A stretch of 64,000 bases of DNA from an uncultured bacterium (GTDB taxonomy: Bacteria > Babelota > Babeliae > Babelales > Vermiphilaceae), in assembly GCA_963727255.1 (NCBI GenBank), contig CAVSFC010000002.1, forward strand, positions 32,001 to 96,000, read 5' to 3'. The translations under genes and the position numbers were made by a program. Below the pieces are notes generated by a model. It saw only the letters and a list, made by a program, of their open reading frames with translations. It was not told the origin of the DNA and searched no databases. Positions 50,036 to 62,352 of this stretch are shown piece by piece. Position 1 is the stretch's first letter. Every line of letters starts with the position of its first letter.

Positions 50036-50815
50036 TTATGGACTTTTTTTTACAGCACCGAGTAGTTTTATAATTTCCGGATACTTTTCAGCTTTATTGC
50101 GTGGAGCAAGGTACCAAAAATTGTGCTCGCAATAAGGGCCCCAATCTTCTTTATCGGGATCAGCTTTATATTGTAATAAGAGTTGTATAATAGTAAGCAC
50201 TCTTGGAGCTTCTTCTTTATCTGCAGCATCATAATCCATTATAGCTTTCGTTAAAGGCAACGCTGTCCTACCAGAATTCTCATAATTTTCATTGGGATCT
50301 GCACCAAATCTGCACAGCATTTCAACCAGAGCAGGATTTTTTTTCTCTATTGCAATCAGCAAGGGTGATACCGCAGGTGATGGAAACATTTTTGCAATGG
50401 GAGCTCGGGAGATTTCTGCATAATTGCAACTGAGTATGTTAGGCTTAGCCTTATATTTCAAAAGCGCTTGCATATTTTCAAGGGCGCTATGATGGGCAGC
50501 TTCCCCTAACAATGAATAGTTTTCGTATTGCATATCAGGATCAATAATCTTTTTTTCTAAGAGCAGCTCTAAGAGCGGAGCTTTATAACGCTTGATACAA
50601 AGATTACGAACCTGCTCAAACTGGAAAATGGTGGGCGCAATAATTTTATCGCATTTCAGCCATTCACTCACTTCTGCTTTGAAACCTTCTTCTTTTAGCA
50701 GGACCATCTCATGCGCAACGCGCACAATTTGGTCTTTTTCATGATTCGCATCCGGGAGATTTTCCATTGCATACAGGCCTAATGGAATACACAACATTAA
50801 TAACAATTTGTTCAT
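50036..50815 (-). CDS. Secreted ankyrin-repeat protein
   Basis: Signal peptide ending YA-MEN; SPLLIAI, GADPN and KADPD. Confidence 0.85.
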   Translation of the reverse strand: MNKLLLMLCIPLGLYAMENLPDANHEKDQIVRVAHEMVLLKEEGFKAEVSEWLKCDKIIAPTIFQFEQVRNLCIKRYKAPLLELLLEKKIIDPDMQYENYSLLGEAAHHSALENMQALLKYKAKPNILSCNYAEISRAPIAKMFPSPAVSPLLIAIEKKNPALVEMLCRFGADPNENYENSGRTALPLTKAIMDYDAADKEEAPRVLTIIQLLLQYKADPDKEDWGPYCEHNFWYLAPRNKAEKYPEIIKLLGAVKKSP

Positions 50816-50827
50816 AAAAATCCTAGT

Positions 50828-51163
50828 TCACCCTTTTTGCATTCTATTGAGCAATTCGCGATTTTGAGCGGCTCTTTGAGCTCGCATCTGCATAAAATGA
50901 CGCTCTGCCTTTTGGGGTGAAAGAAATTGCCCTTGAATCTGGAAATTTTCACCAATTCTTAGATACATCATTAATCTTCCTGCATACGTGCCTGCAACGA
51001 GGTTCTTTTGAACTTCATACCACTTCCGGTTGGTCTTATACCCATGGTATGTGATAGAGGAATTGCTTTGGGATTTTAAGATTTTTAGATAGCGGCTCTT
51101 TGGCAATTCCATTCCGACTATTAAACATGATGAAAAGAGATAAATATAAATAAGTTTTTTCAT
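50828..51163 (-). CDS. Small secreted basic hypothetical protein
   Basis: Likely start MKKLIYIYLFSSCLIVG-MEL at 51163. Confidence 0.6.
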   Translation of the reverse strand: MKKLIYIYLFSSCLIVGMELPKSRYLKILKSQSNSSITYHGYKTNRKWYEVQKNLVAGTYAGRLMMYLRIGENFQIQGQFLSPQKAERHFMQMRAQRAAQNRELLNRMQKG

Positions 51164-51221
51164 TGCCCCATTTTCCCTGGGCTTGAGTCTATGAATTCCC
51201 AAGCCCAATTATTTATCGGTG

Positions 51222-52969
51222 TTATACAAAATACGCAGTACCGACTACGAAGTTTGTACCATCTTTTTCAACCATTTCTAACAATGCAATACGGTCATGA
51301 CCATTAATCTTATACGTCACTTGGCCTGAACCCTGCTTAACGGTATTAATAAATATTTGAACATATGGCTTGCCAGCATCATCTTTTGCTCCCATGATGT
51401 TGCGCCAGACCAATTCATGATTATCACCCCAGACCATGCAAATACCATCAAAATCGATCACAAAAACATATAAATCTCCACGAATAAATTTCCCGTTGGG
51501 ATCAGTAAATGCTCGGAATGCTTCTTCTTCAGAATGAGCGCGCAAATATCCTGCAGCACTGCGAGCCAAAAGAATTGCCATTTCACGTTTGGAAATCGGA
51601 TAGAGTCCTGATCCGATAACAAACGATTCAGTCCCGAGATCCACTTTTTCAACATAGACCGATTGGAATGCATTCTTTAATTTTACATCAACCCAACCGC
51701 CACCTTTATCAGCTTTTTCAATCAGATCGCGCACAAAGAATTTGCCATCTTCATCTTTGAGATCAAATTGATTGGTGCCAATGGCATCCAGATTTGCACC
51801 ATTGGCAATCACTTTGCCTTTCATATCCCAAACAGTCAGATAGAGATCCCCATAACGATATGAATCGGTTTGGCGGTTGCTAAATTCATTTACTGCCGCA
51901 GTAAGACCATGCTTTTTCATAAACTCATAGCCATCTTTAACCAGATCAACTGCTTTTTCTGGGGTCGCAGTCGGATAATACCCGCATGCAATAAAATATT
52001 GTTTGCCATTGGCATCGGTTACTTTTTCTGCATACGCAAGTTTGGTGGTATTTTTTGATTTATATTCAACCCAAACGCCTTCAGTGCTATTTTTGAGCCT
52101 ATTAATGATTTCTTGGTTAACAAATTTGCCTTCTGTATCTTTGACATTCAGTACATTGGTGCCAATAAGCCCCGGGCGATCCCCATTGGCCATCATTTGC
52201 CCATTAAAATCTACCGCATACAGATATAAATCGCCCATTACAAATCTGCCGGCTGGATAGCTGAGCGTGCTAAAAACTTCATCAACCGGGAATCCTTTTT
52301 GATTAACTACTTCATTAAAATATGCGACTGATGCTTTTACTAACCCAACAACAATATCACGCTTTGAATGAGGATAATAGCCGGCCCCAATCACATATTC
52401 TTTACCATCTTTTGTAAATGGTTTTACATACGATACTTTTGTTGCATTGCGCCATTGATAGGTGAGCCATCCTCCGCCCGTTTTCGCCTTTTTGATCATC
52501 TCTTGAACCATATAGGTGCCAAACATATCGCGCTGATCTATGCCAATTCTTCCAGACATGGCGCTCATCGAGCCCGCTGGCAAATTGAAATCCATCAATA
52601 TCATAGACAAAAAGATACAGCTCCCCACGAATAAAATCACGTCCATGAGTAAATGCATTCATTGCTTTATCAAAAGAGTTGTTTTGAACAAACTTTATCC
52701 CCTCTTCAACTAAGGCAGATAACTTGTTTGCGCTTAATGCTTTCTTCTGAATCTGCTTTAAGGGGGGTACCAAAAGATTCGCTCACGGTATCAATGGTTT
52801 GGCCTCCGGTTGGCTCAGCATCAACTTCATCTACTGCTTCCACATCCATGGAAGTTTTGAGTGCAGCTTTATCTATGGCATAATGATTGTGATACAAATG
52901 CAAGCCAACCAGCAGGGGAATGCAAACCCCTGCTGCCATAATTAAGATAAATCGATTTTGAGAATTCAT
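51222..52969 (-). CDS. Membrane-anchored protein of tandem single Cache (sCache_2-like) domains (frameshifts near 52715 and 52550)
   Basis: Repeats of F..GDLY.FV.D..G, KD.EGKF.V and GGGWV.Y across ORFs 52706, 52402 and 51222; N-terminal TM segment. Confidence 0.75.
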
Positions 52970-52998
52970 TACATATACTCCTTATTTTTTAACATAAA

Positions 52999-53025
52999 CC
53001 CGTTCGCCCTGAGTTTATCGAAGGG
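52999..53025. repeat. REP-like element
   Basis: CCCGTTCGCCCTGAGTTTATCGAAGGG. Confidence 0.6.
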
Positions 53026-53028
53026 TCA

Positions 53029-53737
53029 TTACTCTTTTCGTCTACCCATAAATTGAAGCAAATAAAGGAAAAGATTCACAAAATCAAGATATAGCATTAA
53101 TGCGCCCAAGATTGATACTTTTGCCATCGTTTCGCGATCAGCGAGCATCTCTTGCGTCATATGTCTTAATTTTCTGAACATCATAGGCAGTCAGCAACGT
53201 AAATACCAAAACTCCGACTGCTGAAAGAACATATTGGAATGTCTCATTCTTCAAAAACATATTAACCACCCCACCAATAATGATGCCAATGAGCGCCATC
53301 AATAAATAGCTGCCCATTGAGCTCAAATCAGCCTTGGTAAAATAGCCATAAACCGCCATCGCGCCAAACATACCTGCAGTTACTAAAAAAGTTGCTGCTA
53401 TTGAGGTCAAAGTATAAACCAGGAATATCGATGAAAGAGTTATTCCTAAAGTTGCAGCATAGAGAATAAAGAGACACGCTGCGAGTGCAAAGCTCATACG
53501 ATTCAGAAGCATAGTGAGTATTACTACCAAGGCAAGTTGGCCAATAAATAGGCCAACCAATAGTATGGTAGAACTGGTAGTACCACTAAAAAGCATATTG
53601 ATAAATGTCGGGCTGCTTGAAACAAAAAAGGCCGTTGCTGCAGTAATGGTAAGTGCCAAGCACATCCATGCATATACGCGATACATTAAATTAGTATCCC
53701 GTGCATAATATTTCGTATTTGAATAATCATTAAACAT
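53029..53737 (-). CDS. Bax inhibitor-1/YccA family membrane protein (frameshift near 53165)
   Basis: RVYAWM and TAYDVQKIK; the shifted frame gives ALMLYLDFVNLFLYLL...*. Confidence 0.88.
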
Positions 53738-53920
53738 AATAAAACTCCTTAGAGAATGAGAGAATACAATTCGCACTTTTTCTTAAGATATCGCTCGGAT
53801 AACGGCTTGTCCAATATTTTGCCGAGGATCTGTTCAGACTTATCTTGCTCCGGTAAATCCAAACTGTTAAAGTATATAAGTATATACAAAATTCATGATC
53901 GAATCTGAGGAGTCTTTACC

Positions 53921-54241
53921 ATGGCAGTATCAATTACCAAAGATAATTATACGCAGGAAATTGAACAGGCAACGATGCCGGTAGTCATTGATGTTTTTGC
54001 AAGCTGGTGCGGCCCCTGCCAACAGATGGCTCCCCACTTTGAAGCACTGGAAAAAGAGCTCAAAGAGACCTATAAATTCGCTAAGCTCAATGTTGATGAG
54101 GCCCGCGAAATCTCCATGAAATTCGGTGTTACTTCAGTCCCTACTTTTGTTTTTATGCATAATAATCAAGTGAAAGGCAAAGTAACAGGTTATATGAGCA
54201 AGGCTGATCTAAAAGCGCGCATCGAAGAATATTTAGGATAA
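53921..54241 (+). CDS. trxA: Thioredoxin
   Basis: WCGPC active site, 106 aa. Confidence 0.92.
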   Translation: MAVSITKDNYTQEIEQATMPVVIDVFASWCGPCQQMAPHFEALEKELKETYKFAKLNVDEAREISMKFGVTSVPTFVFMHNNQVKGKVTGYMSKADLKARIEEYLG

Positions 54242-54243
54242 TT

Positions 54244-55578
54244 TCACTGCTTTTTATCTTTTACCTCATACCCAAGAATGCGCAACCGCTCTCTTAATTC
54301 ATCAGCCTTTTTCCATTCTTTAGCAGCACGTGCAGTTTCTCGATCTTTAATAAGCTGTTCAATTTCAGGAGTGATTGCAACTTCCTTCTCTGGCAATGGA
54401 ATAAGCATAAGCCCAAGTACTTGCTGAATAAATGCTTTTACCAAGCAAAGCTCTTTTTGATCCTTTTGCAAAGCCGGTAATGCTTCAAAAAGTATGCCCC
54501 ACATGCCTGGGGTATTTAAATCGTCTTCCAAAAATTCCAACATTTTTTGGACCATTGGCGATTCTTTGATCTGTTGATCAGAAAATTGAGGGCACTCGAC
54601 TGCAAACTGTTTGCATAATCTTTGATATGTTTTTTGCATCACTTTTAAATCATCAAAGGAAAAATCAAGCGGCGCTTTATATTGATGATTTAAAAGATAA
54701 AAGCGGACCACCATCGGATCAAACTGCTTGAAAACATCGCGCAACGTAAAAAAATTACCGAGCGATTTAGACATTTTTTCTTGGTTGATACGCACAAAGC
54801 CATTATGCATCCAATAGCGTACAAATTCTTTGCCGTGCAATGCCTCGGATTGCGCAATTTCATTCTCATGATGCGGGAAAATTAAATCCAAACCCCCTGC
54901 ATGTATATCTATTGTTTCCCCTAAAAATTTTTCTGCCATCGCTGAACATTCAATATGCCAGCCCGGCCGTCCGCGACCCCAAGGAGAATCCCATCCCGGC
55001 TCATTCGGCTCCGCATGCTTCCAGAGTGCAAAATCAAGCGGATTTTTTTTCTTTTCATTTACTTCTACCCGAGCACCGGCAATCAAATCTTCTAATTTAT
55101 GTTTGGATAAGATCCCATACTGCGGAAATTTACCAATTTCAAAATAAACATCTCCATCAGAAACATATGCCTTACCGGCATCAATCAAGCCTTTAACAAA
55201 ATTAATAATCTCTGGCATTGTCTGAGTAACGGTAGGCTCATAAGTAGGCGGCAAGCAATTGAGCGCTTTCATATCTTCATGGAATGCTTCAATATATTTT
55301 TTACTGATCTCTTCGAACGTATTCGGATCGCCAAACTCTTTTTGCGCACGGCAAATTATTTTATCATCAATATCAGTAAAATTACGGCAATAGGTAACTT
55401 CGTATCCTAAAAATTTAAGCAATCGATAGAGCACATCAAATGTTACATACACTCTACCATGGCCAATATGGGCATAATCATAGGGAGTTATTCCGCACAC
55501 ATAGAGTGAAACCTGTCCCGCTTTTAAGGGTTTAAAAAGTTCTTTTTTGCCACTGAGGGTATTCGTTACTGTAATCAT
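54244..55578 (-). CDS. cysS: Cysteine--tRNA ligase
   Basis: CGITPYD..HIGH, DFALWK, PGWHIECSAM and KMSKS. Confidence 0.97.
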   Translation of the reverse strand: MITVTNTLSGKKELFKPLKAGQVSLYVCGITPYDYAHIGHGRVYVTFDVLYRLLKFLGYEVTYCRNFTDIDDKIICRAQKEFGDPNTFEEISKKYIEAFHEDMKALNCLPPTYEPTVTQTMPEIINFVKGLIDAGKAYVSDGDVYFEIGKFPQYGILSKHKLEDLIAGARVEVNEKKKNPLDFALWKHAEPNEPGWDSPWGRGRPGWHIECSAMAEKFLGETIDIHAGGLDLIFPHHENEIAQSEALHGKEFVRYWMHNGFVRINQEKMSKSLGNFFTLRDVFKQFDPMVVRFYLLNHQYKAPLDFSFDDLKVMQKTYQRLCKQFAVECPQFSDQQIKESPMVQKMLEFLEDDLNTPGMWGILFEALPALQKDQKELCLVKAFIQQVLGLMLIPLPEKEVAITPEIEQLIKDRETARAAKEWKKADELRERLRILGYEVKDKKQ

Positions 55579-55776
55579 ATAATTATTAAGTGAAAAATTG
55601 GTTTATGACAAGGTTCATCATAACAATACTCTTGCCACAAAACAATGTCACCTTAAATCAAAAAACTCCATAAAAAAACTGGCCTGCCATTCCAAGCTTT
55701 AGCGAAGTATGGCCAATTCCTAAAAAAAGAGTATTATTAAAATCATCTTTTTAAGGACCTCCAGGAGTGTATATAA

Positions 55777-58458
55777 ATGATCAGCATGAGCCGAGTATTG
55801 CATCTCTTTGCGTGTATAAGTGTATGGATTACGCTCATTGGCGCTTCAACTAACTGCCAAGAAGCGGCGCAAGAAAGCACCAAGAAAGAAGCAGTAGCAA
55901 AAATTGTTTTAGCTGAAGATGAACAGCCAACAACTGCAAATTCTCAGGACAACTGCCAAGAAACACCGCCAGAAAACAATGATCAAGAAGAAATATCAGA
56001 AATTGTTTTACCTGAAGACGAACAACCAATTGCCGATAGTCAAGCTGAAGAAGATCAGGAGCCTGAAGAATTATCCGCCCAAGATCTTGCCGGCCGTATA
56101 ATCCATGAAATTATCATTCAGGGCAATAAGCAGGTAAGCCAGCAGGCGATTCTCAATAAAATTCCGTATCGCAAAGGCCAAAAATTTGATCCGATAAAAA
56201 CTCGCGAAACAATTCGAAATCTCTATTTTGATTTTAAACGATTCCGCACCATCAATATCATGGCAGAGCCAATTGATCCTGATATGATCGATCTTCATAT
56301 TATCGTTGAAGAAAAGATTCCCCTGAAAGAAATTATCTTTGAGGGCAATTCAGCAGTAACTGAAAAAGAAATTAATGAAAAAGTTACTGCGCTGGATACT
56401 CCTGCAATTGATAGCGAAGAATTAAAGATATTTGCAAATGCGATAAAAAAATTATATTTAGAACGTGGCTATTATAATGCCACTATAAATCCGGAACTTA
56501 AATGTCGATGAAAATGGCAAAGGCAGCATTATTTTTCATATTGATTGAAGGCAATAAATCTTTAGTAAAACGGATCTCATTTAAAGGTAATAGCAATGTG
56601 AGCGGCAAAACATTACGCAGCATTATCTATACGCGCGAAGATTGGCTGCTGAGCTTCCTTGATAAATCGGGCACCTATTTTGCCCGAGCGGCTTGAAGGG
56701 GATAAGCATGCAATTGAAATGTACTATCAAAGTAATGGATTTCTGAATGCAAAAGTAGTTGCAATTACGCCCGAAATGGATGCATGCAATAATTTCAATA
56801 TTCTTTTTGAGATCCAAGAAGGGGATTTATACAGAATCGGATCAGTGAGTGCTGCCAGGCAATGATCTGATCTGCGAAGAAGAATTATTACAAGTGATTC
56901 CAATCAAACCCGGCGATCTTTATTCGCGTGAAAAAATTGTTGATGCAATAAAAAATTTGGAATTAGTTTGGGGTAGCTTTGGGTATCTGTATGCGCATAT
57001 TGAGCCATCGATTAATCCCAATGATGAAACTAAAACGGTAGATCTTGCCTTTCATAGCGAGCTGGGCAATCAGATAACGCTTGGGAAACTCACTATTCGG
57101 GGCAACAAAAAAACGCGCGATAAAATAATTCGCCGGCAAATTACTTTTTGCTGAAGGGGATTTATTAACCAATACCCGCATGGAACAATCAAAAGAACGT
57201 ATTCAATCTCTGGGCTATTTTGATCAACGCGAAGGGGTTAACTGGAAAATAATTCGAACCGGGGAAAATACTGCCGATCTTGATCTAATGCTCAAAGAAG
57301 CAAAAACGGGCCATGCAGGCTTCCAACTTGGTTTTGCCGGAAATCCTGCAAGCATTCGAGATCCATTAAAGGAGCATCGCTTCAACTTGATGTAGGCGAC
57401 ACCAATTTGCTGGGTACTGGTATACGCGCAAATTTAAATAGCCGCTTCTCTCATGAAGATTTTTCTTTAGGATTTAATATCACCCAACCATGGCTTTTTG
57501 ATAAACCAATTTTGGGCGCACTTGATGTGTATCATAAACGGCTTGCTTATGAAGATTTTAATTTCACAACGCCGGTTAATGAAATTGATACCGGATTAAC
57601 GCTCACCACAGGCTTTGTAACCAATGGAATGATTCATTCTTGCGTGATACATTTATTCGTGGCGCTTTGGGTATTGATAGCATCAAATATCAGCCCGATC
57701 CTCCAAAAGCACATATTATGGAGTTGCAAAATCCTGAAAAAACCTTTGCAGAAGGGCAATACAATATAATTTTAGCAAAAATATTCACTCCAGGAAATTA
57801 TGGATCATTTTCTTTGCATGTTGGCCAAGATAAACGAAACCATCCGATGCATCCAACCGGTGGCTTTAGTTGGCTTGCTCGTGCGCAAACAACCTTTAAC
57901 TTCACTAACCGCTGCTTGGGTTTCCAAAAATATGATATCGAAGCCCATTGGTATACCCCTCTTATTGGAGCCTATGATCTGGTATTTCATTTACATGGCT
58001 ATTTGGGTATTGTTGCACCACTCAATGATTGCAAATTAATTCCGTATCGAGAACTATTCCATATTGGTGGCCCTGCAAGCGTACGGGGATTCTTATTTGG
58101 AGAAATCGGGCCACAATTCAATGTATTTGATCAGATTTCTGAAGGCACGCGCGGGGATTCCATCGGCGGAAAAAAGGCAACCTTTCTTAATGCAGAGCTT
58201 ATCTTCCCGATAACTCCTGATATGAATATTAAAGGCGTATTCTTCTATGATGGCGGTGCCGGTTGGGATAATCCGTATGTTACCAATGCGAATCGCCAGT
58301 TTATACGCAATAACAGCTTTAGCTATCGCCATGCGATCGGATTCGGAATTCGCATTTATCAGCCAATGCCAATCAAAATTGATTGGGGCTTCAAGCTCGA
58401 TCCGCGCAAAGGGGAACCAGCATATGAAGTGCATTTTAACACCGCCTATGAATGGTAA
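55777..58458 (+). CDS. bamA: Outer membrane protein assembly factor BamA (multiple frameshifts)
   Basis: POTRA-like repeats (I.FEGN, GNKKTRDKIIRR), SVRGF and a C-terminal W; split over seven ORFs. Confidence 0.88.
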
Positions 58459-58490
58459 TAGGTTAAAAGCTCCAACTAAATTCGCAGCTC

Positions 58491-59600
58491 CTATTTTTGT
58501 ATATTTTGTGTTTTAACATCAACTTTGAATAAACCACGTTGTGCATGAGTCATTGCCTGTAATGCTCGTTCTAGTACTGCTAGTCTTAGATCTTTTTCCC
58601 TAATTTCAGATTGCTTCTTTTCTTCTGATGTTTCAAGCGCATGCGTTAAACGTGCAATCTGAGCTAAATAATATGGTTCTGTTAATCTTTGCGCAGACCA
58701 ACTAAAAAGAAAAAAAGTTTTGCTTAAATTTTCTATAAACGTAGATTTACTGTTTTCCAAGCGGTTTTTTAAAGTATCCTTATATTCTTTTGGCAAAGAT
58801 CCATTAATAATCTTTCCACAAAAAACGTCTATAAACGTTTTCGAATAAGCTGCAGTTCGTATGGCATCAGCATGCAGAATTAATATTAATTCTGCGAAGA
58901 TTTTTTTCCTTGTTTCTGCCATCTCAGTTTCCAGTGACGTATTTACCTGAGGCCAACAATTGATTATCTGTCCCCTAATTTTTTGTGCCGCTTCCTCTTT
59001 TGTCATTATCTCATCTTCCGGATTGAATATGCCGACATATAATTCCTCTTTCTCTTCACATTTAATTGCACAATAGTTGTTACTTACCTGATGTTGTTCT
59101 GTCTGCAATTCTCTCAACACTTTTTCGGCTTTTACTAGGGCAACTGGTTTTGCTGCATTAATAACATGTGCAAACATATTTTGTAGATGTAATCTATAAC
59201 CATCTGGATCATTGCTATAGGTAAAAGCCGATCTCCATAAAGTGTTGATCAAACTCTTAGTCTGAGTATTGTTAAGATTAAATTTTTCAAGCGCTTCATC
59301 CGAAAAAGATCTGATATAATAAAATTCTTTACTTTTTTTCCCATCAGTTTCGCCATATGTATTTAATTCTTGAGCATCAATCAAAGTAGGGTCCTTTGCA
59401 ATCTCTTTCATGCATCTATTGATAACAGTATCCAATTCTTCAACTCTCGATTTGGGTACCCCTACAAAATTTATTGCTCTCATGGCAGGATATTGTGCTT
59501 GCTGATCTTCTTGTAGAGATAATGTATCATTCATTGTTAAACTATCATTCGATATCACTAATAAAATAAGAAAAGAGATTTTTTTAATTAAATTCTGCAT
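58491..59600 (-). CDS. Secreted hypothetical protein
   Basis: 369-aa ORF, signal peptide, AAGGA RBS. Confidence 0.7.
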   Translation of the reverse strand: MQNLIKKISFLILLVISNDSLTMNDTLSLQEDQQAQYPAMRAINFVGVPKSRVEELDTVINRCMKEIAKDPTLIDAQELNTYGETDGKKSKEFYYIRSFSDEALEKFNLNNTQTKSLINTLWRSAFTYSNDPDGYRLHLQNMFAHVINAAKPVALVKAEKVLRELQTEQHQVSNNYCAIKCEEKEELYVGIFNPEDEIMTKEEAAQKIRGQIINCWPQVNTSLETEMAETRKKIFAELILILHADAIRTAAYSKTFIDVFCGKIINGSLPKEYKDTLKNRLENSKSTFIENLSKTFFLFSWSAQRLTEPYYLAQIARLTHALETSEEKKQSEIREKDLRLAVLERALQAMTHAQRGLFKVDVKTQNIQK

Positions 59601-59859
59601 TCACGTTCCTTAAAAATAGAAAGAGTATGAGTTATTTGAAGTATAATTCTGCAATAGCAAAAGTATTTGTGAAACTTTTCCGAAATTATGTATTGTTAAT
59701 AGTTAGAGTAAATCCTTAGAATAATAGCATAATTGCTATTGTTTGTATTCTATAATTGTTCTTAGAAAATAGTTCACTGTGGATAAAGGAAATAAAATGA
59801 AGACCGTTGCTTTTCTGGGTATCCTTAGGTAAACAATAGGAATATCCTAGGAGCTTCAT

Positions 59860-60438
59860 ATGAAAATCAAAGTACTTTTCTTCTTTTGTTGTGCTTTTGC
59901 CAATCCACTCTTCACTATGGAAATCGAGCATCTCGTAATAAATATTGCACCAGAGAAAAATCTGTTAACACGAATCATAGAAAATGCTATTAATGAAGGC
60001 AACGTGAAAGAAATTAATGAAATTGTTAATGAAATTCGCAAGCCAACGCAAAGCAACTATGGATCGCTCAAAGCTTTGGTAAACCCGAATCAAATCGACC
60101 CTGAGCCACTTTACGGCCGGGCAAAGAATTTAGAACGTGAAACAGATCTGCAAGCAAGCACCATTTGCAATCTACATTTTTATAAAAATCTTGCACTGGG
60201 AAGCGCATGTTGGACTGCCGCTATAGGCCTTGGTACTCTTTTTGTTGCAATTCCTATTACTCAAGGGCAATTCGATTTTTTAAAAAATATAGGCGTAGCA
60301 GGCACAATTTCCAGTGGCTTGCTTGGACTCGGAACAAAATTTTTCCATTCAGCATGGAGCAATGAAGATGCAATCAATGAGCATGCAAAACAGCTTGCCA
60401 TTAGATTGCTTTTACACAAACTAAGAAACAAACGCTAA
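59860..60438 (+). CDS. Secreted/membrane hypothetical protein
   Basis: AGGAG RBS, signal peptide ending FT-MEI, two C-terminal hydrophobic segments. Confidence 0.7.
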   Translation: MKIKVLFFFCCAFANPLFTMEIEHLVINIAPEKNLLTRIIENAINEGNVKEINEIVNEIRKPTQSNYGSLKALVNPNQIDPEPLYGRAKNLERETDLQASTICNLHFYKNLALGSACWTAAIGLGTLFVAIPITQGQFDFLKNIGVAGTISSGLLGLGTKFFHSAWSNEDAINEHAKQLAIRLLLHKLRNKR

Positions 60439-60447
60439 GGAAATTAT

Positions 60448-60717
60448 ATGAAGCGCTCAACATTCGTTGCGATTTTTGTTTGCACAAATCTGGCTTTTCT
60501 TATGTTACATATTCATAAACAAAGCCAAGTCACTAAATTATCCTATGAAAAACAAAAAAGAGATCAGGAAATTAATACGCTTGAAAAAAGAAAATGCGAA
60601 CTCACGCACGATCTGCAAACAGTGCATGACCGCACACTGGTAAAACAGTTTGCTGTAAATAAATTAGATTTAAAACCGGTAAAGATTGCTCAAATAAAAA
60701 AAGTGAATGAAGCATAA
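60448..60717 (+). CDS. FtsL-like cell division protein
   Basis: TM segment + coiled coil directly upstream of a class B PBP gene. Confidence 0.6.
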   Translation: MKRSTFVAIFVCTNLAFLMLHIHKQSQVTKLSYEKQKRDQEINTLEKRKCELTHDLQTVHDRTLVKQFAVNKLDLKPVKIAQIKKVNEA

Positions 60718-60719
60718 CC

Positions 60720-62352
60720 ATGCAAACATATAAAATTCGTGGAATTTCTATCTTTTTCTTCTTTTGCCTGTGCTATTTAATAGTTTTGGGTAATCTGGTC
60801 TATTTGCAACTCATTCAACATTCATTTTTTACTCAATTGGGCGAAAAGCAGTATCATGTTACCATCACTAATTATCCGCCTCGAGGCATTAATTCTTGAT
60901 CGGTCAGGAAAATTTCTGGCAATCAATAAAGATACCTTGGCAGCTTTTATGTTGCCGCGTCAACTTGAAATGCGTCCGCAATTAGAAAAATTTTTAGCAA
61001 AACATTTTCCCGCTGCACTCGAACGGTTAAAATCCCATGAGAATGCTCACTTTCTTTATATCCAGCGCAAATTAACTCCAGAGCAATTGCAACTCATCCA
61101 GCAGAGCGCCATAACCGATATTAAAATTCTTGCTGAACCTAATCGCTTTTATCCGTTGCCGGCCGCTGCCTCATTGATAGGAATTACCGATATTGATAAT
61201 AAAGGTTTATTTGGACTTGAGTTACAATTTGATAAACAGCTTGCCGGCACACCAAGCACCGTAATGCTAGAAAAAGATGCTCGCTCGGGGCATTTTTATT
61301 TCACAAAAGAAACCACGCAAGAAGGCCTCAATGCCCAACCGCTGCGCTTAACCATCGATAGCGATCTGCAATTCTTAGCTCATGAAGCATTGCAAGAGAC
61401 CATTGATAAATATCATGCTAAAGAAGGTGCGGTAATTATTATGGATCCCAACACGGGCGACATTCTTGCCATGACCAATTATCCAAGTTTTAATCCCAAT
61501 AATTTTGCAGAAAAAGATCTTGCTATCACCAAAAATACGGTGCTCACTGAAGCGTATGAATTAGGCTCTGTTTTTAAAATTCCATCCGCGTTGGCAGCAC
61601 TCGAAGAAAGAGTGGTTACCCCGGAAGAACTGATCGATTGCAAGAATGCAGAAACCGCCTATATTGATGGGCGCAAAATAAATACGGTGCATGCAGCCGG
61701 AATTATTCCTTTTGAAGAAGTAATTACCACACTCAAATAATATTGGCATCGCGCAAGTAGCCCAACGGGTAGGTCCAAAATTATATGATCATTATAGCAG
61801 GCTCGGATTTGGCAAAAAAAGTGGAATTCCATTTCCCGGGCGAAAACAAAGGATTTATCAATCCTCCAGCAAATTGGTCCAAACAATCGATAATTTCACT
61901 CTCCTATGGCTATGAAGTTTCAGCGAACCTTTTCCAGTTGGCCCGCGCATTTTGCATCATCGCCAATGGAGGCTATTGGATTGATCCACGTTTAATTTTT
62001 GAGGAACCGAGGCATACGAAAACAAGAGAAATTATATTCCGATGAAAGCATCGCTATAATTCAAGAACTTCTTGAAAAAACAACCGCACAAGGAACTGCG
62101 CGTAAAGCGCATATCAAAGGATATCGCATTATGTGCAAAACCGGCACTGCCAACATGCTTGAGAATGGCCACTATAATCATGATCGCAATATTTTCACCT
62201 GCGCCGGCATCGTTGAAAAAGATGGATATCAAAAAGTAATAGTGGTCTTTATTAAAGAAGTTGCTCAAAAAGATCTCTATGCTGCCACTGTTGCAGCGCC
62301 ACTTTTTGAGCAAATTGCAGAAAAAATATTGATTAAAGATCGGATTATTTAA
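60720..62352 (+). CDS. Class B penicillin-binding protein (FtsI/PBP3-like), multiple frameshifts
   Basis: Start MQTYKIRG at 60720; RG.ILDR, LTID..LQ, GSVFK (SxxK), SNN and KTGTA. Confidence 0.85.

Noticed and set aside
41646..50815. Integrative element or prophage at tRNA-Ser(TGA)
   Set aside because: The cargo looks accessory, but I found no integrase, no duplicated tRNA 3' end and no phage genes
55777..62352. Pseudogenisation or programmed frameshifting of bamA and the ftsI-like gene (also Fic, HIT, YccA, Cache, GT2, COLGALT-like, ankyrin)
   Set aside because: Scattered single-base shifts in normally essential genes with otherwise intact motifs are best explained by sequencing or assembly indels; read mapping would settle it
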